From the NCBI GenBank assembly GCA_963798485.1, contig CAWCTR010000007.1:480001-544000 (forward strand): a stretch of DNA of 64,000 nt. The letters run 5' to 3'. This document shows, piece by piece, positions 51,700 through 62,605 of the stretch. Numbering within the stretch: the stretch's first letter is position 1; every line of letters starts with the position of its first letter. The DNA is from an uncultured delta proteobacterium. Lineage in GTDB: Bacteria > Desulfobacterota > Desulfomonilia > UBA1062. Below the pieces are notes generated by a model. The model had not been told where the DNA came from. It saw nothing but the letters and a program-made list of their open reading frames with translations, and searched no databases. The position numbers and the translations under genes are program-made.

Positions 51700-51750
51700 A
51701 GGCGGGGTTCCCCATGGAGCAATAGGGTAGATCCATTGGCGCCCCGCCTC
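51700..51750 (+). terminator. Hairpin after dnaK
   Basis: GGCGGGG...CCCCGCC outer stem with an inner ATGGA/TCCAT stem; weak U-tract. Confidence 0.45.
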
Positions 51751-51775
51751 ATATATATCCTTAGTAATTTATACA

Positions 51776-52120
51776 ATGCCCATATATGAATACAAATGCC
51801 TGGGTTGCAGCCATCAGACAAGTTTTCTTGTCCAGGGTTATACGCCCCCTGTTGATCCCAGGTGCGAAAGTTGCGGATCACAAGACCTCAAGAGGATTAT
51901 CTCCAAGGTGAGCTATCATTCATCAGGATCTGATCGCGTATCTTCCTATAACCCCAAGGCACGAAAGACCGACAGTTTTTACAAGGACTCCCGGAACATC
52001 GGCCTGAATGCCGAGCGGATGCTTGAGAAGGCAGGGGTCAAACCCACCGAGGAATTCAAGAGCAAACTGGAAAGACTCAGGACTGATCCGGGGAGCGTCA
52101 TCAAGGATAGTGATGATTAA
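51776..52120 (+). CDS. FmdB-family zinc-ribbon protein
   Basis: MPIYEYKCLGC...CESCGS. Confidence 0.85.
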   Translation: MPIYEYKCLGCSHQTSFLVQGYTPPVDPRCESCGSQDLKRIISKVSYHSSGSDRVSSYNPKARKTDSFYKDSRNIGLNAERMLEKAGVKPTEEFKSKLERLRTDPGSVIKDSDD

Positions 52121-52307
52121 TCAATAATAAGTCTTCCTTTTAAGGGAACTATCAAAAGAATTTTTCATGATAAAAATATTCCGTGCCGAAGAGTGTAAAG
52201 ACGAGGAATAATCTCTGTAAACCGGGGGTATATCCTCATAGCTGAGATCCTGTTCCGTTTACAGAGCACAGATGTTATTCCTCATATTGTATAAGGAGAC
52301 CTTTGCA

Positions 52308-55046
52308 ATGGAGGATGATATGCGAGATAAGGAGACAGAACAGGAAAGAGATAAGCCCCCCAATGAGCTGAAACAGATCAATAATGGGCAAGAGCAACTC
52401 CGAGGGAGTGAAGAACTCTACCGCACCATTTTCGAAACCGCCGGGACCGCCATTATTGTCATCGACAGCGACACCACCATCAGGATTGCCAATTCCAATT
52501 TCGAGAAGCTCTCAGGCTACAGCAGCCAGGAGCTCGAAGGCAAGATGAGCTGGACCGTGTTCATTGCAGATGAAGACCTGGAACGGATGAAGGCCTATCA
52601 CAAACAACGCAGGTCAGACCAGTCGTCAGCCCCGGCCGAATACGAGTTCGGCTTTGTCAATAAGACAGGCGAGACAAGGAACATACTTCTGAACATGGCC
52701 ATGATCGAAGGCACCAGCCGGAGCGTGGCTTCCTGCATGGATATAACGGCCCGGAAACGTGCCGAGGAGTCACTGCGGCGTAGTGAGGAGAACTACCGGA
52801 ACATCCTCGAGAGCATCCAGGAGGTCTACTACGAGGTGGATCTCAAGGGGAATTTTACGTTCTTCAACCCAATGGCATGGAGGGCACTGGGATATTCAAA
52901 AGAAGAGCTCACGAACATGAATTTCCGCGACTATATGGATGCAGACAATATACAGAAGGTGTTCGACGCCTATCATCGTGTCTTTGTGACGGGTGAGCCT
53001 ATTCCCGTATTTGAGTTTGATGTGATAATGAAAAACCAGGGGCGGCTCCCTGCTGAGGCCTCGGTGTCGTTGCGCAGGGATAGTAATGGGCGGGTGGTCG
53101 GCTTCAAAGGCGTGGTCCGGGATATCACCCGGCGTAAAGAGGCTGAGAAGGCCAGGCATCAGAGTGAGGAAAAATACCGCTCGATCCTTGAGAGCATCCA
53201 GGAAGGGTATTATGAGGTGGATCTCAAAGGGCGCTTCACCTTCTTCAATGATTCCTTTTGCAGCATGGTCGGATATACCCCCGAGGAGGTGATGGGCACG
53301 AAGTATCGGGTATTCGTTGACGAGGAAACGGCACATAAGATCTATGATGTTTTCCATAATGTCTACCTGACCGGCAACCCGGATAAAGGATTCGACTGGT
53401 CAATAGTCAGGAAAGACGGCACTAAAAAGGCCATAGAGAGCTCGACAACCCTGATGAGGGGCCCCAAGGGAGAGCCCATAGGATTCAGGGGTGTGATGCG
53501 TGACGTTACCGAGCGAAAACAGGCACAAGAGGCCCTGCGAGTAAGTGAGGAGCGTTTCCGGGATTTAGCGGAGCTGCTGCCCGAGACCGTCTATGAGGCC
53601 GGAATGGATGGGCGGTTAACCTTTGTGAACAAGAGTGGTCTTGAACATTTCGGGTATAGAGAGGAGGACCTCAAACACGGCCTTACGATACGTGATGTTA
53701 TCCCCTCCAGAGATATACACAAACTGGAAGAAAATTTCGCCAGGATGTTTACAGGCGAGCGAACCGGACTTAGTGAATTTATGGTGGTCCGTAAGGACAA
53801 GACCACGTTCCCTGCACTCGCCCGTTCCGCACCTATCATGCGTGATGGCAATCCCGCAGGCATCCGGGGCTTTCTTGTGGATATTTCGGAAAAGAAGAGT
53901 CTCGAGGAACGGCTTCTCCATGCCCAGAGGATGGAATCCATCGGGACCCTGGCCGGTGGGGTTGCCCATGACTTCAACAACCTCCTCATGGGCATCCAGG
54001 GGAACATCTCCCTCATGGGAATGGACCTGGATGAGCGGAGTGCGCTGCATGAGAGGCTGAAAAATATAGAGGGTTATATCAAACGCGCAAGCGACCTCAC
54101 TCGGCAGCTCCTGGGGTTCGCCAGGGGCGGCAAGTATGAGGTGAAGGTTACGGATCTTCATGATTTCATCCGCAGGAGCACCGATATGTTCGCACGCACA
54201 CATAAAGAGGTGCGGGTGCATACCCTGGAGGACAAGCGGGTGTGGCCGGTGGAAGTGGACCAGACTCAGATTGAACAGGTAATGTTGAACCTCTACATGA
54301 ATGCCTGGCAGGCCATGCCGGAGGGTGGGGACTTGTATGTGGGCCTTGAGAATGCAGAGCTTAATGACAATACTGCCAAGGCCTATGAGCTTTTACCTGG
54401 AAGATATGTGAAAATAACCGTTCGAGATACGGGTGTAGGGATGGACGAACCAACAAAGGCCAGGATATTCGATCCGTTCTTCACAACAAAGGAGATGGGG
54501 CGGGGGACAGGCCTCGGCCTGGCATCGGTATATGGGATCGTGAAGAATCATGATGGATTTGTCGGTGTAAAGAGCGAACTCGGTGCCGGGACGGAGTTCT
54601 TCATCTACCTGCCTGCCTCCATCAAACATCCGGATCGGGAAGAACCGCTCCAGGAAGTGGTGAAGGGTGACAACAGCTTAGTGCTCCTTGTGGATGACGA
54701 GGAGATGATCCTGGATGTGGGCTCGGCAATGCTCGAGAACCTAGGATACCGGGTGCTTAAGGCCAGGGGAGGTGAGTCCGGCCTTGAGGAGTTCTCTGCT
54801 CACTGTGGTGAGATTGACCTGGTAATCCTGGACATGATCATGCCGGATCTGTCCGGGAAAGATGTGTTTGCCCGCATGAAGGAAATAGACCCAAAGGTAA
54901 GGGTTCTCCTCTCGAGTGGATATAGCCTCAACAGCCAGGCCAATGAGATATTGGAGAGCGGGTGTGAGGGATTTATCCAGAAACCCTTCAGCCTCCAGGT
55001 GCTCTCGACGAAGATCAGAAAAGTGTTGAGAGCAGTGACCGTATGA
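52308..55046 (+). CDS. Cytoplasmic hybrid sensor kinase (4 PAS, HisKA, HATPase, REC)
   Basis: Repeated PAS/PAC domains, GVAHDFNN, GTGLGL, LVILDMIMP. Confidence 0.92.
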   Translation: MEDDMRDKETEQERDKPPNELKQINNGQEQLRGSEELYRTIFETAGTAIIVIDSDTTIRIANSNFEKLSGYSSQELEGKMSWTVFIADEDLERMKAYHKQRRSDQSSAPAEYEFGFVNKTGETRNILLNMAMIEGTSRSVASCMDITARKRAEESLRRSEENYRNILESIQEVYYEVDLKGNFTFFNPMAWRALGYSKEELTNMNFRDYMDADNIQKVFDAYHRVFVTGEPIPVFEFDVIMKNQGRLPAEASVSLRRDSNGRVVGFKGVVRDITRRKEAEKARHQSEEKYRSILESIQEGYYEVDLKGRFTFFNDSFCSMVGYTPEEVMGTKYRVFVDEETAHKIYDVFHNVYLTGNPDKGFDWSIVRKDGTKKAIESSTTLMRGPKGEPIGFRGVMRDVTERKQAQEALRVSEERFRDLAELLPETVYEAGMDGRLTFVNKSGLEHFGYREEDLKHGLTIRDVIPSRDIHKLEENFARMFTGERTGLSEFMVVRKDKTTFPALARSAPIMRDGNPAGIRGFLVDISEKKSLEERLLHAQRMESIGTLAGGVAHDFNNLLMGIQGNISLMGMDLDERSALHERLKNIEGYIKRASDLTRQLLGFARGGKYEVKVTDLHDFIRRSTDMFARTHKEVRVHTLEDKRVWPVEVDQTQIEQVMLNLYMNAWQAMPEGGDLYVGLENAELNDNTAKAYELLPGRYVKITVRDTGVGMDEPTKARIFDPFFTTKEMGRGTGLGLASVYGIVKNHDGFVGVKSELGAGTEFFIYLPASIKHPDREEPLQEVVKGDNSLVLLVDDEEMILDVGSAMLENLGYRVLKARGGESGLEEFSAHCGEIDLVILDMIMPDLSGKDVFARMKEIDPKVRVLLSSGYSLNSQANEILESGCEGFIQKPFSLQVLSTKIRKVLRAVTV

Positions 55047-55226
55047 AAATGGTTGTAGGAGCAGGCCTTGTGCCTGCCCTTTTGTCTTAGAGCAGATTTT
55101 TCATCTATCACCACCCCGTGTAAACAAATCCTTTCCTCATCCGTCTGTAAAGAAATATGTTAGATCTGGAAAATGAAAGAGAATGCATTTATACTCTTTA
55201 ATAAATCTAGGTGATACTACATAAAC

Positions 55227-56573
55227 ATGATGAATAAGATATGGTTTGTGGAAGGTACAATCTCTTTGAAGCAACACATACAAGGGTCATGGCTTTTCCT
55301 GTGTTGTTTTATTCTGGTTGTCCTGTTACCCCTTGCGGCCAGTGCGGGAGATGAGATCAAGCCCGGCGAGACCCTTGACCTTTCGCGCTGCATAGCCATT
55401 GCACTGAAGAACCACCCCGCCATCCTGGGAGCGGCCGGGAGCCTCAAGGCAAGCGAGAGCAGGGTGAAGGAGGCGAGGTCGAATTATTATCCTCAGGTAG
55501 GGGCGTCTTCGGCCTACAGCCGGAACTATGCCCAGGGGGGAACGAGTGCTGTCGCCCCGGGGAGCAGCTACTACAACGAGTATCAGGATAGTCTCAATCT
55601 CAACCAGACGCTCATTGATTTCGGCAAGACGTCCGCGCAGGTGGATGTGCAGGCCTTGGGAGCGGATGCGGCGAGGGCGGATCTTGATAATACGGTAAGT
55701 CAGATCGTCCTGGGGGTGAAACAGGCATATTACGGCATCCTGCAGGCCAGGCAGAGCCGGGATGCGTATGCGGAAGCCGTGGTGCAGTATGAAAAGCACC
55801 TGGACCAGGCCAGGAGGTTCTACGAGGTCGGGACCAAGCCGAAGATCGATGTGACGAATGCAGAGGTGGACCTGAGCCAGGCAAAGCTCAACCTGCTCAA
55901 GGCCGAAAACGGCCTGCGCATTGCGAGGATAACACTGAACAACGCCATGGGGGCGCCGGAAGCGCCAAGCTATGAGATTAAGGATACTGCGGGCTACCAG
56001 GATTACCCCATTGACCTGGCGAGCGCGCTGAAGAGGGGCTATGATGCCAGGGGCGACCTAGTCTCGGCAACAGCGAAGCGTGAGGCTGCCGAGCGGTCCA
56101 TAGACCTTGCGCGGACAGGATACTACCCGGTGCTCACCGGCAATGCGGGGTATGGATGGAGCGGGCCGGACTATCCTCTGGACAAGGAGTGGACCGTAGG
56201 GGCCACGCTGAACTTTCCGCTGTTCAGCGGTTTTCTGACAAAGTCCCAGGTGGAGGAGGCCAGGGCCAACCTGGAGGTGGCAAGGGCGAATGAGGAGAAC
56301 ATCCGGCAGGGCATCCGGTTTGACATCGAGCAGGCCTTTTCGAACCTCACGCAGGCCAAAGAGGGGATCGTGCTGGCCGAGGTCACCGTAAAGCAGGCCA
56401 AGGAGAACCGGGAGCTTGCGCTGGGGCGATATGAGGCAGGGGTGGGGAACACCATCGAGGTGACGGATGCGCTGGTAACGGAGATCAACGCCAAGACCGC
56501 GTATATAAACGCCCTGAGTGACTACCGCCTCGCGGTTGCAAGCCTGGAAAAGGCCATGGGGGTAAGACAATGA
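55227..56573 (+). CDS. TolC-family outer membrane protein
   Basis: Signal peptide, DFGKT, PLFSG, RYEAGVG; start position uncertain. Confidence 0.88.
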   Translation: MMNKIWFVEGTISLKQHIQGSWLFLCCFILVVLLPLAASAGDEIKPGETLDLSRCIAIALKNHPAILGAAGSLKASESRVKEARSNYYPQVGASSAYSRNYAQGGTSAVAPGSSYYNEYQDSLNLNQTLIDFGKTSAQVDVQALGADAARADLDNTVSQIVLGVKQAYYGILQARQSRDAYAEAVVQYEKHLDQARRFYEVGTKPKIDVTNAEVDLSQAKLNLLKAENGLRIARITLNNAMGAPEAPSYEIKDTAGYQDYPIDLASALKRGYDARGDLVSATAKREAAERSIDLARTGYYPVLTGNAGYGWSGPDYPLDKEWTVGATLNFPLFSGFLTKSQVEEARANLEVARANEENIRQGIRFDIEQAFSNLTQAKEGIVLAEVTVKQAKENRELALGRYEAGVGNTIEVTDALVTEINAKTAYINALSDYRLAVASLEKAMGVRQ

Positions 56574-57754
56574 GAAAGGTTGTAATACTTGGATTGATCG
56601 TGATCATCATTGCCGTAGGCGCATGGTATATGCTGAAGAAAGGGGACAAGGCACCGCAGTATAAGACAGTGGCGGTCCACCGAACGGACCTGGAGGCCAT
56701 GGTGACGGCCACCGGCACGGTCAATGCCGTAACGACCGTACTCGTGGGAACCCAGGTATCAGGGACGATCAATGCCCTGTATGTGGACTACAATTCACCT
56801 GTAAAGAAGGACCAGCTCCTGGCTCAGATCGACCCTGCCACGTTCCAGGCACAGGTGGATCAGGCAAGGGCAAACCTCCTTAATGCTGGGGCCAATCTCG
56901 AAAAAAGTGAAGCCTCTCTTGTGGATGCCGGGCGTACATTCGAGCGTAACAAGCGGCTCATTGCACAAAATTTTATAGCCCAGAGTGACCTGGACACCTC
57001 GGAAACAAATGTACAGACTGCCAAGGCGCAGGTGGAGGCTGCAAGGGCCTCAGTCCTTCAGAACAGGGCCGCCCTGAATCAGGCGGAAACAAACTTGCAC
57101 TACACGAAGATCCTTTCACCGGTAAACGGCACGGTCATCTCGCGGAACATCGATGTCGGTCAGACCGTGGCGGCAAGCTTCCAGACACCCACACTCTTCA
57201 CCATAGCCAATGACCTCACGAAGATGCAGATCGATACGAGCGTGGACGAGGCGGACGTGGGTAATATGCAGGTCGGTCAAGAGGCCCGGTTCACCGTGGA
57301 TGCCTACCCCGACACGAATTTTACCGGGAAGATTTCCCAGATCCGGAATGCGGCCACGATGGTGCAGAATGTCGTCACCTATGATGTGGTCGTGCAGGTA
57401 AACAACAACGACCTGAAGCTTAAACCCGGCATGACCGCCAATGTCTCGATTATAACGGCCCGCAGGAGCGGTGTGCTTGTTGTTCCAAACAGCGCCCTGC
57501 GCTATCATCCGGACAAACAGGATAACGGATCAACAACCCCCCAGAAGAAGCCTGGGGCAGGGAATAAAGGGCCTGCGGTCTGGGTCCTTGAAAACAACAA
57601 ACCCGAACGCATTAAGGTCTCTGTCGGCATCAACGACGGTTCATCCACCGAGATCGTCTCCGGGCAGATAAAAGTGGGTCAGGATGTCATTGTAGCCAAC
57701 CTTGGGCAGAACGACAAAACATCACAGGCCCAGGGGCCGAGGTTCTTCCACTGA
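56570..57754 (+). CDS. MacA-like efflux periplasmic adaptor
   Basis: VGTQVSG, GQTVAASFQTPTLF, LKPGMTA. Confidence 0.88.
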   Translation: MRKVVILGLIVIIIAVGAWYMLKKGDKAPQYKTVAVHRTDLEAMVTATGTVNAVTTVLVGTQVSGTINALYVDYNSPVKKDQLLAQIDPATFQAQVDQARANLLNAGANLEKSEASLVDAGRTFERNKRLIAQNFIAQSDLDTSETNVQTAKAQVEAARASVLQNRAALNQAETNLHYTKILSPVNGTVISRNIDVGQTVAASFQTPTLFTIANDLTKMQIDTSVDEADVGNMQVGQEARFTVDAYPDTNFTGKISQIRNAATMVQNVVTYDVVVQVNNNDLKLKPGMTANVSIITARRSGVLVVPNSALRYHPDKQDNGSTTPQKKPGAGNKGPAVWVLENNKPERIKVSVGINDGSSTEIVSGQIKVGQDVIVANLGQNDKTSQAQGPRFFH

Positions 57755-58443
57755 TGGCGCTGATCGAAACAGAAGATCTCTACAAGCTTTATGATGTGGG
57801 AGAGAGTCCTGTCCATGCCCTGGACGGGGTTACCATAGCCATTGAGAGAGGAGAATTCGTCGCCATCATGGGGCCGTCGGGCTCCGGGAAGTCCACCTTC
57901 ATGAATGTCGTCGGTTGCCTGGACAAACCGACCAACGGGACATACCGACTAGATGGAATGGATATAGGGAACCTCAGCCCCGATGCACTGGCAGATATCA
58001 GGAGTAGGAAGATCGGCTTTGTCTTCCAGGGATTCAACCTACTGGCCAGGTCTACTGCGTTGGAGAATGTGGAACTTCCCATGCTCTATAACGGCATCCC
58101 TGCCTCGCAGAGGAAGAATCGCGCCCTTGCGGCACTGAAGTCCATGGGGCTCGAGGGCAGGGAGCACCACCACCCGAATCAGCTCTCAGGGGGTCAGCAG
58201 CAGCGGGTGGCCATTGCGCGGGCGCTCGTCAACCAGGCCCCGCTCATATTCGCCGACGAGCCCACCGGCAATGTCGACACCAAGACCTCCATCGAGATCA
58301 TGGACCTCCTTGTCAAGCTCAACAGAGAATCGGGCATCACCATCATCCTCGTCACACACGAAGCGGATATCGCGGCATACAGCAACAGGCGTATCCATTT
58401 TCTGGACGGGAAGGTGATAAGCGATGAGGTGAAAGGCCCATGA
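57754..58443 (+). CDS. ABC ATPase (MacB/LolD-type)
   Basis: GPSGSGKST, LSGGQQQR, DEPTGN. Confidence 0.92.
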   Translation: MALIETEDLYKLYDVGESPVHALDGVTIAIERGEFVAIMGPSGSGKSTFMNVVGCLDKPTNGTYRLDGMDIGNLSPDALADIRSRKIGFVFQGFNLLARSTALENVELPMLYNGIPASQRKNRALAALKSMGLEGREHHHPNQLSGGQQQRVAIARALVNQAPLIFADEPTGNVDTKTSIEIMDLLVKLNRESGITIILVTHEADIAAYSNRRIHFLDGKVISDEVKGP

Positions 58444-59669
58444 TCAGTATACCTGCTACGGTCAAGATATCGCTTCGCGCGCTGTGGGTGAACAAGATGC
58501 GCTCGTCGCTTACCATGCTGGGTATCATCATCGGCGTTGGGGCGGTCATCGCCATGCTTGCCGTGGGCACCGGAGCGAGCAGGAAGATCGCACAACAGGT
58601 AGACAGCGTCGGGAGCAACCTCATCGTCGTCGTACCCGGCAGCATGACCCAGGGCGGCTTGCGCATGGGGTTAGGCTCGCAGTCGACGCTGAACACAAGT
58701 GATGCTAATGCGATTGAAAGCGAATGTTCGGCAGTTCAGACCGTGGCGCCGATCCTGAACGGAAGCGGCCAGGTGATCTACGGCAACCAGAACTGGGCCA
58801 CCTCCATCACCGGGACTACACCGAACATCCTGGTTGTCCGTGACTGCGCCATCGTTGAAGGGAGGAACTTCTCGGACCAGGACATACGCAACGCCACCAA
58901 GGTCTGCCTTATCGGCCATACCATCATAGAAAATCTATTCGAGAACGAGGACCCGGTGGGCAAGATCATCCGGGTCAAGAATGTCCCCTTCACCGTCATC
59001 GGGGTCCTGGAAGAGAAGGGCCAGTCGCTCGGGGGCCAAGACCAGGACGATGTCGTATACATCCCGATAACTACCGCACAGAAGAAGATCATCGGCACCG
59101 CCTTCCCCGGCATGGTCCGCGCTATTATGGTGAAGGCGAAAAGCACCGACGAATTGCCGATCGCGGAAACCGAAGTGAATGACCTCCTGATGCAGCGTCA
59201 TCACATCGGTCCGAGCAGGGACGTGGACTTCACGGTGAGGAACCTCACACAGATGCTTCAGATGGCACAGCAGTTCACCCTCGTCATGACCCTTCTGCTA
59301 GGGGCTATTGCCTCGGTATCGCTCGTGGTGGGGGGTATCGGGATCATGAATATCATGCTCGTCTCCGTGACGGAACGTACCAGGGAGATAGGTATCCGCA
59401 TGGCGGTGGGGGCCAAGGCAAAAGACATCCGGTTCCAGTTCATTATCGAGGCCGTGACGCTCTCTCTCATAGGCGGCATTGTAGGGATAATCGTGGGCGT
59501 CATCGTGGCGGCCTCCATCTCGAAGTTTGCCGACTGGCCCACGGTCGTCTCTCCCTTTGCCGTGTTACTGGCCTTCGGGTTTTCAGGGTTTATCGGGATC
59601 TTCTTCGGGTTCTACCCGGCCTACAAGGCCTCGCTTTTAAACCCCATCGATGCACTACGGTACGAGTGA
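58440..59669 (+). CDS. MacB-type ABC permease
   Basis: RSSLTMLGIIIG, GIMNIMLVSVTERTREIG, PIDALRYE. Confidence 0.92.
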   Translation: MISIPATVKISLRALWVNKMRSSLTMLGIIIGVGAVIAMLAVGTGASRKIAQQVDSVGSNLIVVVPGSMTQGGLRMGLGSQSTLNTSDANAIESECSAVQTVAPILNGSGQVIYGNQNWATSITGTTPNILVVRDCAIVEGRNFSDQDIRNATKVCLIGHTIIENLFENEDPVGKIIRVKNVPFTVIGVLEEKGQSLGGQDQDDVVYIPITTAQKKIIGTAFPGMVRAIMVKAKSTDELPIAETEVNDLLMQRHHIGPSRDVDFTVRNLTQMLQMAQQFTLVMTLLLGAIASVSLVVGGIGIMNIMLVSVTERTREIGIRMAVGAKAKDIRFQFIIEAVTLSLIGGIVGIIVGVIVAASISKFADWPTVVSPFAVLLAFGFSGFIGIFFGFYPAYKASLLNPIDALRYE

Positions 59670-59674
59670 GATTT

Positions 59675-60775
59675 TTAGAACCTTCCGAACAGCTTCTTCT
59701 TGTTCTTGGGGTCCTTTACATCATCATTGCTTATCTCGGCGAACTTGCGCAGGAGCTCTTCCTGCTCCTTGGAGAGTTTCTTGGGGATCTCCACCTTTAT
59801 ACCCACGTGGAGTGATCCATGGCCTGAGTGTCTGAGGTGCTTTATGCCCTTGTCCTTGATGGTGTAAATCTCATCGGGCTGCGTACCGGGTTTGATCTCC
59901 AGGTCCGTCTCGCCGTCCAGGGTGGGCACCTTGATGGTTGTGCCCAGGGCTGCCTGCACGAAGCTGAGGGGCATTTCGATATAGAGGTCATCGCCCTGTC
60001 TGACAAAGGTTTCATGCTGCTTGAGGTTGATGAAGACATACAGATCGCCTTCAGGCCCGCCCAACTCGCCAAGCTCGCCTTCTCCGGGGACCCGCATGGT
60101 GGCCCCTGTATCCACGCCGGCAGGGATCTTGACCTTGAGGTGCTTCCTCTTGGTGACGTGGCCGGTGCCCCTGCAGGGTCTGCAAGGCTTCTTGATTACC
60201 TGGCCCGTCCCCCTGCAGGAAGGGCAGGTGGTGCTGATGGTGAAGAAGCCCTGGGTCCTGTGTACCTGGCCCTTGCCGCCACAGGTGGAGCATCGTTCGG
60301 GAGATGTCCCGGCCTCGGCCCCGCTGCCCTTGCATTCTTCACACAATTCCGTCTTGGGGATTTCCAGCTCGATCTCAGTGCCTGTTGCAGCCTGTTCCAA
60401 GGTGATGGCGGTGTCGTACCTGAGGTCGGCCCCCTTGGTGGGACGTCTGCGGCCTGACCTGCCCCCCGGGAAACCGAACATGTCGCCGAAGACATCCGAG
60501 AAGCTGCTGAATATGTCGTCAAAGCTGGTGAATTCGTGGAAGTTGGTGCGGGACAGGCCTTCATGCCCATACTGGTCGTACAGGCGTCGCTTTTCAGCAT
60601 CGTGGAGCACCTCGTAGGCCTCGGCGGCCTCCTTGAAGTGCGATTCGGCCGCATGATCGCCGGGGTTGCGGTCCGGATGGTATTTCAGTGCAAGCTGACG
60701 GTAGGCCTTTTTTATCTCATCGCCGGTCGCTGCCTTCGATACCCCAAGGATATCGTAGTAGTCCCTCTTTGTCAT
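59675..60775 (-). CDS. dnaJ: Chaperone DnaJ
   Basis: HPD J-domain and four CxxCxGxG repeats. Confidence 0.97.
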   Translation of the reverse strand: MTKRDYYDILGVSKAATGDEIKKAYRQLALKYHPDRNPGDHAAESHFKEAAEAYEVLHDAEKRRLYDQYGHEGLSRTNFHEFTSFDDIFSSFSDVFGDMFGFPGGRSGRRRPTKGADLRYDTAITLEQAATGTEIELEIPKTELCEECKGSGAEAGTSPERCSTCGGKGQVHRTQGFFTISTTCPSCRGTGQVIKKPCRPCRGTGHVTKRKHLKVKIPAGVDTGATMRVPGEGELGELGGPEGDLYVFINLKQHETFVRQGDDLYIEMPLSFVQAALGTTIKVPTLDGETDLEIKPGTQPDEIYTIKDKGIKHLRHSGHGSLHVGIKVEIPKKLSKEQEELLRKFAEISNDDVKDPKNKKKLFGRF

Positions 60776-60966
60776 GTACGTTCGTGCAGCGTGATCTTCC
60801 CCTCAGCCAGTTCGCGCAGCGCCGTGACCACAAACTTGTTGTCCTTGCGTCTGCTTAATGGATTGGACCCCTTCATGAGCTGCTTGGTGCGCTTCGATGC
60901 AGCAACGGCTAAAGAAAAACGATCGTTTACCTTTTCAAGACAATCTTCAACGGTGACTCGTGCCAT
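60772..60966 (-). CDS. rpoZ: RNA polymerase omega subunit
   Basis: [19 protein letters not shown]; AGGAAGG RBS. Confidence 0.95.
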   Translation of the reverse strand: MARVTVEDCLEKVNDRFSLAVAASKRTKQLMKGSNPLSRRKDNKFVVTALRELAEGKITLHERT

Positions 60967-61046
60967 TATTACCTTCCTGGTTTTCAAATGAGAGCAGTGC
61001 CCTCATGCCATACAAATTCAGACTCGTCAAGGGCCATGATGCCCTT

Positions 61047-62323
61047 TCAATCGTCGAAATTTCCCGTTCCGGCCCCTTTCTTATGCAAGGCCTGGCCGCG
61101 GGCCATGATCTTTTCCTTTGTCCACTCCCCGGGGTCTTCGATGCGTTTTCCCTTTGGTCCGAGGTCGTAGGACCCCTTCTCAAGGATGGCTTCAATGGCA
61201 AGCGGTGCGGTGTCCGAGGCATTGAACCACTTCACGAGCAGGTCATAGACAAAGTCCTCCACACCCTTGGCCATGCGATCGCGGATTTCTTTCGGCTGGG
61301 CGAGCAGTTTGTTCTCAAAGGGCAGGTTCAGGTTCTTGTAGTCGCCTGCCTTGAGCGACTTGCCCTGGGCATAGGCCGTCATCTCGGCCCACAGCTCGTC
61401 AGTTACCCCTTCATCCGCGACCTTGATGAAGTTCTTCTGATCATCCAGGAAGGCGTTTCCGAACTCATTGACCTTGACACCCCAGGAAATCATTTGAAGG
61501 GCAGTGGCCACGTTGGCCTTTGTGGTACGTGTCTCGGCGGCGATGCGTTTGAGTCTCTCATAGCTGTTGCCGGATGTCCCGTGCTGGGCTCCGGAGATGC
61601 CGTATTTTGCAAGCTCCTCATGGATACTTTTAGTCAGTTCCACATCGATACCCGAGGCCGTGGCCTCTATGCCATGGGTCGTCCCGTTGTTAAGCGCGAT
61701 CCAGTCCGGGAAGATACCATTGGCGTTCAGGCCTTGGATAAGGAACAAGGCTTCCTCAGGGGTTGATAACCCCTCCTTGCCCTTGATCTCACCCACCTCG
61801 GTCTCATAGCCGGCCCAGGAGGGTATGTAAGGCCTTGAGGTCGAGGTTTGCAAGCAGGTTCTCATCGTCCACCATGTGGGATGCGTCAATGGCGATGGAG
61901 GTGATGCCCGCATCGAACATGGAGGGGATATCCACCTTGGCCTTTGCCACCTCGGGCGGCTTCTTGAGCCCGAAATGGTCGGCATGGACGGCAATGGGCA
62001 CGGTGATGCCGAGCTCGTTGCCTATGGTATCCGCATATCGCGGCAAGGTTCCACATGCTGATGGGGCAGTAGTTGGCCTCGGATTTGGCGATCTCGAGGA
62101 TAACAGCCGCATTCGCCCTCTGGGCCGCCTGGAGAACACCCCGGATGATAATACTGTTACGGCCGTTGGCCGCAATGGTCATGGCATGCCCCTTTTTCAT
62201 CATGGCCCGGTCTACTGCCTTACCGCTCACTATAAGAACCTTGGAGTTGGGGAAGAGCTTGACGATATTGGGTGGACGGCCGATTTCCAGGGCCTTGTTA
62301 AATGCTTTAGTTGAATTATTCAC
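61047..62323 (-). CDS. fba: Class II fructose-bisphosphate aldolase (two +1 frameshifts near 62043 and 61833)
   Basis: Three frames join: EIAKSE / VHADH..AIDASH / ETEVGEI..NNGTTHG..AQHGTSG..KANVAT. Confidence 0.85.
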
Positions 62324-62605
62324 TATTCAACCCCCTTCTCTATGGATTGATCCCGGAGTCTGTATTAGCACAAAGGCGATAAGATAGGAAGTTGCAATAA
62401 GATGGAATGTGGAAAGAATTTTCTTTCAAAGAGGGAAAAGTTATTCCTAAGGGCAATGGTTATTCACATCCTCTTTACGTAAAGTATTGAATTAGCGAGA
62501 ATCAGCAATTTGTATGGTTTTTGCATGCGATGATACCTATATAGCTAAATTGTAATATTGTGACCCTCTTTTAGACCACATGTAATAAAGAGGAGGTTTT
62601 TTGTG

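Noticed and set aside
52780-53250. Similar DNA blocks within the sensor kinase
   Set aside because: Ordinary tandem PAS domain duplication.
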